Positions 48,366-60,220 are shown, counted from the first letter of the whole stretch. The stretch is 60,220 bases of DNA, filler included, from Sphacelaria rigidula (GCA_964200075.2; 10 parts of 10 records of this genome joined end to end with filler, not necessarily neighbours in it), one strand, 5' to 3'. Numbers and translations are program-made. Notes: generated from the letters alone by a model not told the origin.

Positions 48366-48801
48366 CCAGAACAGACAGCACCAAAATCCTCATCATGTAT
48401 GTACATATATGCCCATACTGGGAAGGTAATGTCGCGGCATCTTCTTTGTGGCAACGTAATATATATATATATATATATATGATAGATTTTTAGGGCCTTA
48501 CTTAACCGGTCAACCTGTCGTTGAGTCAGCGTGCGCACCAGCTTTCATATGCAGGTAGGTAGGTGGGGGGATCGGTGAGTGCATGAGTAACCAATCAACG
48601 GGGCAGGTAAACCCGCAATCAGCGGAAGCGATGCAAAGCTGCCGGGCCGCACCAGAGTCCTGTGGCGAGTCTGTGCATGCTTTGCTCTCGGTTTTGTTTG
48701 TATATTCCTATTTCCGCACATTATCCCCATCTCTCGAAGCCGTGGTCACAGGCCCAAGCTCGTCATATTTTTAGTGTATACACCTACCATATAAATATAT
48801 A

Positions 48802-50079
48802 CTTCCTCTGTCTCATACAGGCTGGGCCAGCCTAAAAGCGCAGAAAATGGTTTATTGCGATTTCCGACGCGATTTTTATAAATGAGAATCTGAAAATTTG
48901 ACACGTGATCTGGATGTGCACTACAATGTTGTTCAAACCTGCACCCTTCAGTTTTTTTCTTTTCTGTCGTCAGATATCCCAATATTCGTGAAAACCAGAA
49001 AGTTTGTTTGAGCAGAAGTTGGCCCCAAATATGACAAAACCGAAATCGTGCAACTTTGACTGTCTCCGTTAGTGCGATCTTATTGGTGTCTCAAATTTTC
49101 AGGTGCCAACTCAAGAAGCTCGCGTGGGGATGGAGATATTCTCGCATTTGTCCAGTCAACCTGCGTATTGTATGGAATCTTAGAAAGGCCACAACTCTTG
49201 TAAAAAAACGAATTGATCGCTGTGACTCCTTTGAAAACTTCCGCCATACCCCCGCGCTCGTGCATACCAAATTGCAGCTTGATCCGCGATACTTTTTTTC
49301 AGTCGGTTTTAGCACTGGATATTCTCCATACGCCGCAAATTGTATATATTTCGCCGAAATCATGTCGGAACCGAAAAAGTCCGGCGCCTGTGCTCTCCCT
49401 GATGGCGTCTAGGAGCAGTAACCAAATTTCAAGTCCGAACGCGAAAAAACGGCAGAGTATGACCCAATCGAAAGAATCTGCGCTTTTAGGCTGGCCCAGC
49501 CTGTAAGTCTGTGCCGTTATGTTTGTATGAGCCCCTAACGATGTCCGATTTGATTTTCGATTTTTTGGTTGCATTCGTTGGCGTTTTTTTAGCGAAAAAC
49601 AACACTCTGCAACGTGGGTGCTTGACCCGTGCAGCCTCGCGACCGAGAATAAATGGGTCGGTCAAAATATGGTCATTTTTCGCTTTTTTTCCCCAGTAAA
49701 GCATAACAGACCCGGGAATCGCGAAAATCGTTAAAAAAACATGTGAAAACCGCAAAACCACCACTGATTTGGATATCTCCGTGACGTTAACCTACGCACG
49801 CCCCATCTAACAATTTTTCAGCATGTAATCGCTAGTACTCGACGTTCAAACGTCCAAAATCGGTCAACATTGATGTATAAGTGGACCAAAAAGGGGGAGA
49901 AAGGGGTACATTTTGACCTGATTTGAGTATTGAAAACAAGTTTTTATTTTTATTTTCTTGAGTCAGCTTCGTCTGCGCGTAATCTCTCTAACGAACCCAA
50001 CTGTAGGATGATCGTCAACGTTGAAATGCCCAAACGATCAAACATAACATAACAGCACAGACTTATGAGACAGAGGAAG
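48802..50079. mobile_element. Stowaway-like (Tc1/mariner-type) MITE, interrupted by a second MITE
   Basis: TA|CTTCCTCTGTCTCATA[insert]AGTCTGTGCCGTTATG ... CATAACAGCACAGACTTATGAGACAGAGGAAG|TA. Confidence 0.9.
48818..49503. mobile_element. Tc1/mariner-type MITE with perfect 27-bp TIRs and TA TSD
   Basis: CAGGCTGGGCCAGCCTAAAAGCGCAGA and TCTGCGCTTTTAGGCTGGCCCAGCCTG; TA at 48816-48817 and 49504-49505. Confidence 0.93.
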
Positions 50080-50513
50080 TATATATATATATACATATAT
50101 TGTTTTTCTCATGTTACCATGAGTATGCTGGTAATACTTTGCGGACGGTTTCCCGAAGTTCGCCGCCCGTCCATCGTCCAGCACGTAGCAGCAAGTCCTA
50201 TCTTCATTCGTCTGCCCAATATCTTGCTTATTGGGCATGTGACGCCTGAATAATGACTAAACCGTTGTTTTCACGGCTTTGGTACAGTACCTACATACTT
50301 CATGCATGTGCAGCGCCGGAAAAGCCGGGCACGCGAGATGCAGTTTGGAGCGTAATTGTTTCGCTAGGACTTCTCTGACCCACGGTTACTTTCATTTTTG
50401 CATTTTCAACGAACGGGTCTGAGGAATAACTGCTTTCGCGCTTTCTGTGCTAGCTTTTGGACGAATATTGCGGCGTCCTACGCGTGTGTTCACCCATTTG
50501 TTCAACCCACCAG

Positions 50514-50657
50514 GTGGCGGACACCATCGTGGGAGATGAAAAGACAAGAGGGATATCAGGCGGGGAAAAGAAGCGACTATCCATCGCCTGTCAGCTCTTT
50601 GGTACCCCCTCGCTCATCTTCTGCGACGAACCTACCAGCGGCCTCGACTCATTCCAG
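50514..50657 (+). CDS. ABCG: ABCG (White family) transporter, NBD exon with signature and Walker B
   Basis: ccaccag|GTG...CAG|gtttgg; [48 protein letters not shown]. Confidence 0.96.
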
Positions 50658-51956
50658 GTTTGGTAGCATTGGAAAAAGTAGAGAGAGAAAAGAGGAGAAA
50701 ATCGAAAAAAACCCCGAGAAATGTCTCGTTCCAATGCACGTATTCGGCAGTTTTTTTAGTGTGTTTGTTGTAAGTATACTGCCGAAGAATTCCCGCGCCA
50801 CGTATGTATCTGCAGTGTTTGCGTGTGTTTTTGTCACAGTTGGAAGTCATTTCGCTCACAGTAAAACATAAGAAATATCGTATTCCATTCTCGGCCGTTT
50901 TATTCGGAGGGGGTACTGTACTACACATGATGAACCAATCCCATTCATGTTTTTTTTTTGCTATTGAAAAACAATGGATTGTTTTCAATTCGTACGGCTG
51001 ACTACAAACACTTTCTCGCGGCATTGCTCTTATTTCAAAGCAAATTGCACTTTCAGGTTCTTCTTTTTTTGTTTTTTTTTGTTCTTTACATGTTCGCTTT
51101 TCCTCTACAACTAAACTTGCCAGTTGAGTAATAGCACGCTTAAAAGTAAAGCGGGTGGAGCGCGTGTTGAGAGGACACACCACACACCAGGCCGACAACG
51201 AAGCGCCAAAAACGCTTCTGTGGCTCGGGGAGTAACCCGTGTGCCTTCCCCGAAAACAAGGGTAGATACAACCACACAACAAGCAATCAGTGACAGCACT
51301 ACATGTTTTCGCTGCTTCCTTTCTCGTTTATTTTCTGTGGAAATTGCTTCTGTATTTTTCTGTTCCTTTCCTTTTTTTTTGCTGCTCCTGACCACGGGCT
51401 GGGTTGTTGCAATCAGCGAATGTTTTGGTTTCTATTATATTCATTGCTCCGCAGAGTTTCCTATCCGTCGTTGATCACCATGTTTGCTTCGTAAGAAAGC
51501 GCTCTATCTGGTCAACTTTTTATAGAAGAAATCTGAACCATATCATAGCATCATAGCCCTCCTTTCCATTTTTTTTCTGTACATGTTGATTTCTCACTAC
51601 GGTATACTTTTCGCGTGCTTTAATTTTTTGCTATCCTACCCGTCATTCATAACTAGGTTTGATTCGTACAAAAGCGCTGTGTTGGTCAACATCTACACGA
51701 GCAATTTGAATAATATCATATGATCATAAACCCTTTCCCATTTTTTCTGTACACGTTTTTTTTTGCCCCCTCATCACGGTATTCTTTTCGCCGGGTGACC
51801 TTGCGAAATCTGTTCCATTCCATCCGGCCGTCGCTCCGTTCCATTGCCGAACAATTTCTTGAAAGGAACATGTTGATTGCAAACGAGGGGAAATTCACGC
51901 TAGGCTGATTGTGGCATCCCAAAACAAAATATCCAAAAAACACAAACAAAACACAG

Positions 51957-52211
51957 GCGGAACGCGTGATGAGCACACTCCGCGAACTGGCCGAAAACGG
52001 CCACACCGTGGTGTGCTCCATCCACCAACCCCGAAGCTCAATATTCCGGATGTTCGACGATCTCCTGGTTCTCAGCGAGGGACAAGTCATGTTCCACGGA
52101 CCGGCCGATCGCGCGGTGGGCTACTTCCGATCCAAGGGATTTTCCATGCCCGCCAACACCAACCCTGGGGAGTTCGCCATCGACGTCGTGTCGATCGATT
52201 ACACGTCCAAG
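51957..52211 (+). CDS. ABCG: ABCG transporter, NBD exon with H-loop
   Basis: acacag|GCG...AAG|gtaaag; AERVMSTLRELAENGHTVVCSIHQPRSSIFRMFDDLLVLSEG...NPGEFAIDVVSIDYTSK. Confidence 0.96.
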
Positions 52212-52582
52212 GTAAAGAGAAACAAGGAGATAGGAACGGGAGGTGTGTGTGTGTGTGTGTGTGTGGAGGGAGCAGGAGCGGATTCGTTTTCTTCCGGAAG
52301 GGGTACAAGTACAGTACAACGTGAGGGTTTACACCATTGTAAGTTATGTTTAGAGCGCGATCCCTTCAAAGTGCGGTCGCTATGAAAACACTGCAACACC
52401 CTGCATAGTAGCCAAAAACAGGGAAATGTGTCTTATTGCGTGGAGTATTGAATATTTTGCACATTGCTACTTACCAGCAGTAGACGATGTAGTATATATA
52501 CTAGATATTTCACGCTGTACAATTTAATGGTGTGAGAGAAAATGAGTTCTACACTTTTTTTCCCACCAGTATTGCTGTCTAT

Positions 52583-52977
52583 TGTAATGGTCCGACTGTC
52601 GCCATTAGGGTGGAGAGAACAAGGGTTCAATTCCCGATTTTTGATGGATTGATTGAATGTCGCACTTTAACGGACCCCCCAGGGATCCACCCGTGGTCAC
52701 ATGGTAGACGTACCCAAGGAAAGACAAAAATGAAAAGCCTCCCGATGCGTTGGGCTTCTTCTTCGCAATATCTGATTTCCACCGTGGGAAGCGTGAGAAC
52801 GTGAGTAAACAAGTAGTCGGCTGAGCTTCTTTGACGTGAGTTGACGCGGTGCGGGAGTGCTGACCCCATCCGCGAGACCAAAATGTAACGCGTGTACCGG
52901 GGGAGAGAGGGGTTGATCCCTTGCGACCACGGACTCATCCCGAGGAAGTGGAGGGGTTCAGAGTGAAACAAAAGAAA
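52583..52977 (+). mobile_element. SINE family B carrying a family C tail insertion (52639-52739)
   Basis: Colinear with 45568-45850 except for a 101-bp antisense insert flanked by TCCCGAT duplications (52632-52638 and 52740-52746). Confidence 0.9.
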
Positions 52978-53596
52978 TATCCAGGGTGTGAAATACTACC
53001 CCCATAAAAATCTCGTTGTATTGTCCCACCGAACTGTAATACTTTCATTTCTTGCATGACACAAGTCCCGTCCACTGTACTATTTTCAGACAACGACACG
53101 ATATTTACACCAGTGTAGTGCACGGGGTCCCACCCACCGCAGTGCGATCGAGAAACCCTTGTGTCACAAGTCTAAACCTGTTGTTTTGAATGTTGAACAG
53201 CATCGGCACTATCATATCTAAACCATCATACTATAGTATCATCGTGCGTGGTTTCACCATATGTGATTGACTGATTGGTCGATCGATTGATTTAAAAAAA
53301 AAAATCAAAGCGTTTAAGGAGCAGCCTGTAGGATGATCGCGATACACGGAAGTTGATTCGCGACGCTGCTGCACGGGCCAGGCGTTAGCTTTCCACCGTT
53401 TTTTTTTGCACTCGTGTCATGCGAAAGTAGTGATCATGATGGGAGTATGAAATATGATGAGAATTATGATAATGGATGTATAGAAACAGAGAAAGATAAG
53501 GAGGGAGATATTCGAGTTGTCAGCTTAACGTGCGAGCAGCCTTCTTCCCCATTACTGCTGCCTAATCAGCCGTCCGGCCCGCAGATGCCCGGACTC

Positions 53597-53646
<50 letters not shown>

Positions 53647-53840
53647 CCAACAACACAAAACAACAAAACAAAAAAAAAAAACAAAAAAAAAAAAACAACC
53701 CANNNNNNNNNNGGGGCCCGCCCCCTTCCCCCTTTCCTCACCCCCCACCGCCCCCGCGCCCCCACCCCCCCCCGCCACCCCCCCCCCCCCCCCCCCCACC
53801 CACCCACCTCCCCCAAAAACACAAATATAAACACAAACAG

Positions 53841-54158
53841 GAAGCCGAAGAAAATAGCCGAAAGATTATTGCAAGACTAGCTGCTGCTTCTTCGACTTCT
53901 TGTCACTCGTCCTACTTCTCCGAAACTCCCACCCTAGCGGGGCTCTTCCACGGCGGGGGAAAGTCGGGCGCCCCAGTAAGCACCAGGGAAAAGGAGGAGG
54001 GGAACAAGAAACGCTTCATTACTGTACCAACTCCCACGGGACTGCTGCGCAGAGGGCATGGGCGACGGGGAAGAGCGGGTCCTCTGGAACAGTTCCGGTT
54101 GTTGTTGGCCAGGTCGTGGCGACAGGTTAACCGCGCGAAGTTTGCAAATATTACCAGG
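53841..54158 (+). CDS. ABCG: ABCG transporter, linker exon to start of membrane domain
   Basis: caaacag|GAA...AGG|gtgagg; 106 open codons EAEENSRKIIARLA...EQFRLLLARSWRQVNRAKFANITR; phase 0 to the previous exon; not in the ORF track. Confidence 0.9.
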
Positions 54159-54188
54159 GTGAGGACAGCGCGACGGGGATGGGTGCGG

Positions 54189-54288
54189 NNNNNNNNNNNN
54201 NNNNNNNNNNNNNNNNNNNNNNNNNNNNNNNNTTAATTAATTAANNNNNNNNNNNNNNNNNNNNNNNNNNNNNNNNNNNNNNNNNNNN
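54189..54288. other. Artificial linker 9
   Basis: Same 100-bp spacer. Confidence 0.99.
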
Positions 54289-54299
54289 CCCCATACACA

Positions 54300-57200
54300 C
54301 ACACATGACTATCCCCCCCAAAAGCGTCTGATGCTTGGATTTAGCCTGCTTGAAGGCCCTCGTAAGGTCGATTTCGGCGATAGCAAAGCCGAGCGCGGGG
54401 TTTCCCAGCCTCTCCTGCTGCTCTGCTCCTTTCATTTCGATAACACGCGTCATTTTCCCCTCCCTAACCCGCCGCTTTTTGTATTGTGAGGGCTATAGCA
54501 GAAAGTGTGCTGCATACATTTCCCGATCGCAGCCTCTTCCACACTGTTCCGGCGACCTCCTCGAGCGGAACATGACGGCCACGTGGCGACATTTTCTTGC
54601 CACTCGTGATTGAATGCATCGCACATTCACCCTAAACCGACCCCTCCACTGGAGCATGCCGTTATCGTTATTGCTGTTTGTGTTCTTGGAATGGATTGTG
54701 ATATTCGTCGGAATATATTTCTTACAGAGCGACAGCCTTCCTCCATAAACGGGAAGCATCACCTCCACTAAATGGCAGCAGCCGGTTTGCGCGGTTGACT
54801 ACCACATGGAACTATATCGTATAAACCACTGTTGAATGACGACCTTCATACACCCCGCCACACACACACACGCTCATGCCCCCCCTTTTACCAGACTCAA
54901 CTTTTTTTCCCTTCTGCCGCTCATCATATCGCTCCCCTCCCACTCATACGTCTGTGGTGAACCCCTCGAACATGTGCGGACGGCTGTCACCACCGTCACT
55001 GCCCCCTTCTCCACCGCCTCGTGCCTCGTCGTGTTGTTTTCTCGTCCCCTTGTCCCCCACAATGTGTTGGCCTTTACCGGTGTCTGTATCGGTGCTGTCT
55101 GTGGTCCCTTTAAGTCTGTCGATTGCATATTCCTCCGTAGAAGGCTCGTCTGGGCATGCCGGGGCTGCGCCTGGATGTGTTACCGCCCCCACTTGCCCGC
55201 GTAGTGGAGACATGGACATCCCCGATGTCGTCGGCGCTGCCGTCAGTGTCGAAGGCTCTACCGTCTTCGCCGTAGCGTATATGCGTGTTCACGCGTACGC
55301 CAAGCCTACTTGGTTTCGAACTAGTCTTCCTTCCTGTGGCGGTCTCGCCTATATACGCCGTGGGGTTTGCATCTGCGCCTACACGAGCCTCGTCGTTACC
55401 TGTGTCGGACTCCTCCACGTTGGCAATACTGGCACCATTGGTGTCATCGGTCTCTTTCCTGTCACGTCGCGTGGACCTCTTCCGCTTCTGCTTCCGCTTT
55501 TTCTTGCTATGTTTCGATGATGTTCCGCTCGGGGCGCTGTCGCATGTGAGGGCCTCATTAATAGTACCGGTGTCGCCAGTCTTGTGCCTGTCGCGTCGCT
55601 TGGACCGGTTGCCCTTTCGTTCTAGCTTCGCAACTGTCCTGTATTTGCCGGTCGCGGCACTGCCCCGTACGAGACTCTCGTCAACAGTAACGTCCTCATC
55701 ATCGTTGCTGCGGTCAGGATCATGGCTTCTGTACCCGCTTCCACTGTTGTCAGCTTCCTCACCGTAATCGTCACATCCGACACCATCGATGGAGGTTTCT
55801 TCTCTTCCCTCAGTGCCGCCCCTTGACTCGCCCGCCGCGGAGCCGTCATGGGCTGCATCATCACCCCCCTTAGCGTCATGCTGGCCCTCGCACGCAATAT
55901 TCTGGCTTACCACGCGACCACGCCCTCTGGATTGGGAGGTACCCCTGCGGGGGGCGTGTGGCAACGGTAGTGTGCAACAGATCAGCACCCCGTTTGATTG
56001 TTCCCCTACGGCAACGCATGTCGACCACCATGCACAAGTTGCCTCATGATGTTGAACTCTGGTCTTCGTAACATCCAGGCCTTTCACACTTTTGCACTGC
56101 TTCCGCGTCTTCCACTCCACAATCTACGGCGACTTCAGGCACATCGGTCTTGTGTCCGTTCCTATTCGAATGCTACGTCTGCAGGTACACTCCCCGTGAA
56201 CGCCGGGTCGTTAAAATAAGTGTCCTCTCCGCGGAAGGGGGGTTCGATTACTTCGACGTTCACGCGGGTTTCCGTGATTTCCACCAAGACGTGCGAATTG
56301 TCCGAAATAGCCGTCACCCCGTCGAAGGTTGTGATGAGAAGGAAAATTTGGTCTTATCCCGTTTGAAATCGGTGATGTTCTTCGCGACAAACGACCGAGA
56401 ATCCCTACACTTTCGCTTCTTTTTCTTTTCGGGAGACGGCTCCCCTTGCAACTCTACATTGCCCGCGTCAATTTCAAAATCGACTACATACCAAGATCCG
56501 TTGCATCACGTGCTTCGACGGGTTCATGGCCGCTGTAGACAGTTCGACCCTATAGACGGTATAAACCATGAAATAATGGTCGATATCTGTGTTGGGTCTT
56601 ACTGGCTTGTGAAGTCGCAATGAAAAACCGTCACCACGAATGTTTCCGTGTTACTCGTAGTTCCTGGGTTTGGGGTTAAAGCGGAACGCTATGTATAATG
56701 CACTACTGTCTCACCGCTTCGTTTCTTGCATCCACGGCGTAGAGTCTAGTGATATTACAGTGCCCTTTTTGCCTACACATGTCCGTATGTTTTGGGGCAC
56801 CGATTCCGTGCTCGGATTGCTGGCGCTAGGCAGCTAGAATTCACCGCGATTTGAAAGGGATGTGAAGCCGAATGGTGCAAATTCCTTGCCTCCGACTGGG
56901 CCACCTTACCAGCCGGGAGGGACCACGCAGGCGGATTTGCCGCGTTGCCTTCCCAGGTTGCGCTGGCGGAGTCGTGGGGAGCAATGCTACGGTAGGGGTG
57001 CACTTTTTTCGCGAAATATTGTCTAGCTCAGGGGCTCCTCACGATTCTAGATGCACAATAATATGGGTCAGGGCATCCCCGTTTGCAAGTTTATTCGGGA
57101 TATCCCCAGCACATCGGAGTAGTAATCCTGGCGTACTTTTACATATTTTCACAAGTCGTGTTTTGCATGAGATCAAGGGCTCCTAATAATTATAACCTCA

Positions 57201-59790
57201 GAAACTATTTGTGCACCCCTACCGTAGCATCACTCTGGGGTGTCTTCGCCGACGGTTCTCCAATCTTGACTGATGACTGCAAGTGATAGTGAGTTTCCGC
57301 AAGAAGTAAACTGCTTAGTCAAATCAGTCCACAACTCGAAACGGACTGCTGCGCAAGTGACGAAGCACTGGTTCCGCGACTCCGTTGGTGGCTTCGTGTG
57401 CTCGGTGCTCTTTGCCCTCCGATCTGCGCCGTGTCCTACAGTGTTTTTTCTCACACGTGGGCGTACTTCATCCAGCAGTTGTCGGTACTTGACAGTGAAC
57501 GCTTGGGATTTTCACCACTTCCTCCGGAATTTGTTCTCGGTTGAGGGACGAAAGGCGAATGGTAGGATCTCAGCTTCCACCCATCCCTCAACCGGCGAGG
57601 TTCGCTGTGGCGGCTGACCAAAAGCATTGGGTTGTACTTACTGTAGAATGATGACAGGTAGTATTCCCAGCATGGAAATTTGCCGACTCCATTTCATCAA
57701 CGTTAAACAGACCAGGGATGGTATTTTCCAAGCAGTTCACTTTTTCATTCGAAACTTCCTTCCAATTCCGCCGAAGGTATGCGAGTATTAAATTGACTCG
57801 AAAGGTAGGCTCTGACGGTAAGTAACACCCAAAAATAGCCAAATCAGACGTGATTCACAAATTGCCGACCCAGGAATCAGCCATATCTTCGACAATACTC
57901 GATATTCGCGCAGTGTTTGCCCCCAAAATCCTCCGAAACGAAAATTCGGAGGTCGCAATCATCGCGATTTCGCGATATCTGGAATCCTCCGCACATCGCG
58001 ATTGTTTTTTCTAGTTTCGATTAACCGCCGTTGGAAATCGATGTATTTCTTTGCATCGATTTATAACCGTGGTCACGACCGTCCTGGAGGCACTCTGTAC
58101 ACACTTGTTTCCCGCAGGCTCCATGTGGTGCAAGCCCCGTGAGTGAGCTGAACTACTGGAGAGTATTCCTTTCACACATTTCCCGACAGGCATCGTTAGC
58201 ATCGCGTGCAGATAAGAGGCAGTCTGTCATTTTCATGAATGATTAAATCCTCGAGGACGACAAGGCCCCGTTACGGCGCGCGGTGACTGTCCATATATCT
58301 TCTTCATGTTCGACCGGATTCTTGGGATGGTAGTGAACCCTGTATCTGGTGGTCGGGATTCCTTGTCATGTAAATGTGGCTCAGAGCCTGAATTAGAATT
58401 CAAAACGAACACAAGCGCTTTTTACGAATGTCGACTGCAGGTTTGTCGCGGTACTGATGCGACATTGTTCTTCTCCGACCGATTTCTATCCGGTTAGTGC
58501 CGACAATCACGATCAGCCTGATTTCATCGCCAATCGTGCGCTTGCCTAGCAGAAACGTGCACGTAGTCTGTCCATTTGTTCCTTCAGCCGGGACATAGTT
58601 GCGGTAATGTACTGTGTTCATATATGAGGATATGTATTTCTCTCTCTCTCGTGCACCAAGACAGCTCTCGCCTTCGCACCCGAACCTCAACTATTGTTCA
58701 TCGTAACTTTTATCTATCGCTCGTACCCCGAAACATTGTTGGGTGCATGCATGTCGAACCCCAATTTCATGCTAAGGTCGGACCTTCTCTTCCTCGCTCA
58801 TGATGCTCGTGTAGAGCACGTTCTCTTCATATCGGGAGGTAGGTGCTCCTGCAACAGGAGGTGTTTATGTTCATTGCCGACATCTAAATGAACTGTGCTC
58901 CGCTGACACTCTCGTAGTATGCCGCAGCTGTTGCACTACAGCAGTAACTGCACCGCCGCCAGTCTGTGAACATTACCTCTGCGTTTCGCGGGGTCTGCGT
59001 TTTCAACACTCGTTCACAATTTGAATGAAGAATGTACTCGCGCCAGAACACGTCATCAGCTCCCATCCTGCATGATCTCTGCTCACCCACCCGTTCTGTT
59101 GCGGCGACAAGATTTGAGTACCCTCCCTCACCTCCCCAGGAGGCCTGTATACACGCACCACGAAAAAAACGATACTCTACATTTCCCAAGCGGGATACCA
59201 CCTGAGCTCAGTACTAAATGTGTCCATCTCTGAGTGATGCTACTGTATGTGTGTAAAAATATTTTCTGAGAATATAAGTGTTGGGGCCTCTTTCTCTCCT
59301 GTGAAGCACGACTGCAGCACGACTTATAAAATTTGGAGACTACCCCAGGATCACTAATCCAGAGTGCTGTGAATATCTCAAAATCATCTGCAACCGGGGA
59401 TGTCCTGACCTATATTTTTGTCCATCTTGAATGGTTAGTAGCTTCGGAACCACGCAAGATCTTGCGCGAGAAGTACACCCCTACCGTCGCATTGCTCCTT
59501 GACGATTGGCGCGTCGGGTTTAACGCCGACCTTGTTGTTTTTGGCACGTTCCTTCTCGTCGATTTCTTCATAACCGGGATCCAGCTCGAGTCCACGTCCA
59601 GCTTCTCTGCTTTTCTCCGTTACCGTTGCCGCCTTACGACCCAGGTTTCTAACAGTTAGTCGTTTTCTTCTTTTGCTTGCGTCGACAGTAATTACAACTT
59701 GAAATAGAGGGCTCTGACTTCTGCGGGGACTCAAAGTCATATCGACGTTTCTCAGGATGGAGCAGCAAACGAGCCGCTGCAATAACAAGT
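54300..59790 (-). pseudogene. Decayed multi-exon coding relic (possible Ulp1-like, PHD-like and SET-like pieces; probably transposon-borne)
   Basis: Chain of minus-strand frames with stops and frameshifts including the 336-aa ORF 55110-56120; splice-like junctions; internal paralogy of 56978-57086 with 59390-59498. Domain calls are tentative. Confidence 0.4.
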
Positions 59791-60220
59791 GAGGGCTTGC
59801 CTGCGTTCAAGTCAGAACCCTAACCCTGATCCGATAGACGAGGTGCCGAAGGCCGCTGGAGGCTTGTGACGGCATTTTTGTGGATATGTGTGGATTCTCT
59901 TCTTTGGGGTTCCACAACATAGTTCATGTTTTCACCATCATCATAGTTTCCTCAGGTGTGATGATATTTTGCAATGGACCGTCATCGAAACGAATGCATC
60001 TCACATGCCTGTATAGAAATTGTGTTGAAGTAGAACCTGTCATATGTACAAGATTAAGTGGCAGAATAGGTTACGGTTTGCGAGAAACAGCCATATAAGT
60101 CGATAGTACAAGACCCAGTCGCACGCGGACATTCGGCGATCCCCAAAATTTCACAGGAAGCAGGGTTGCCAGAAAAATGACAAGGTATTTTGAAATGAGA
60201 ATCCACCGCTCCCCGGGATT

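Noticed and set aside
53310..53390. Candidate ABCG exon DDRDTRKLIRDAAAR
   Set aside because: No GT donor before the stop, and the exon at 53841 continues the protein far better

Overview
This window is not one locus. It is ten unlinked segments of exactly 5932 bp joined by nine artificial 100-bp linkers (44 N + TTAATTAATTAA + 44 N; 10x5932 + 9x100 = 60220). The DNA is eukaryotic, intron-rich and dense in transposable elements. A stramenopile-like TFIIS, long TE-filled introns and the repeat families suggest a brown alga (Phaeophyceae); this is inference from recall, not a database result. Three partial host genes can be rebuilt from GT-AG exons that join in frame: TFIIS (3 exons), TRM11 tRNA m2G10 methyltransferase (2 exons) and an ABCG/White-family transporter (3 exons). 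Four of these eight exons are absent from the ORF track in the coding frame. Most of the rest is degenerate mobile DNA: RTE-like and other LINEs, a CRE/REL-like relic, a Ty3/Gypsy, a Ty1/Copia lacking its integrase core, a piggyBac relic, two tRNA-derived SINE families, several MITE/foldback families (some nested) and minisatellites. No CRISPR array, rRNA or intact tRNA was found. I cannot support a complete new biological system. The best leads are: (1) a decayed multi-exon relic in the last segment with possible Ulp1-, PHD- and SET-like pieces plus a directly visible internal duplication and micro-inversion; (2) A/C-rich rather than pyrimidine-rich 3' splice sites; (3) long foldback hairpins; (4) an unclassified structured repeat found at four segment ends.
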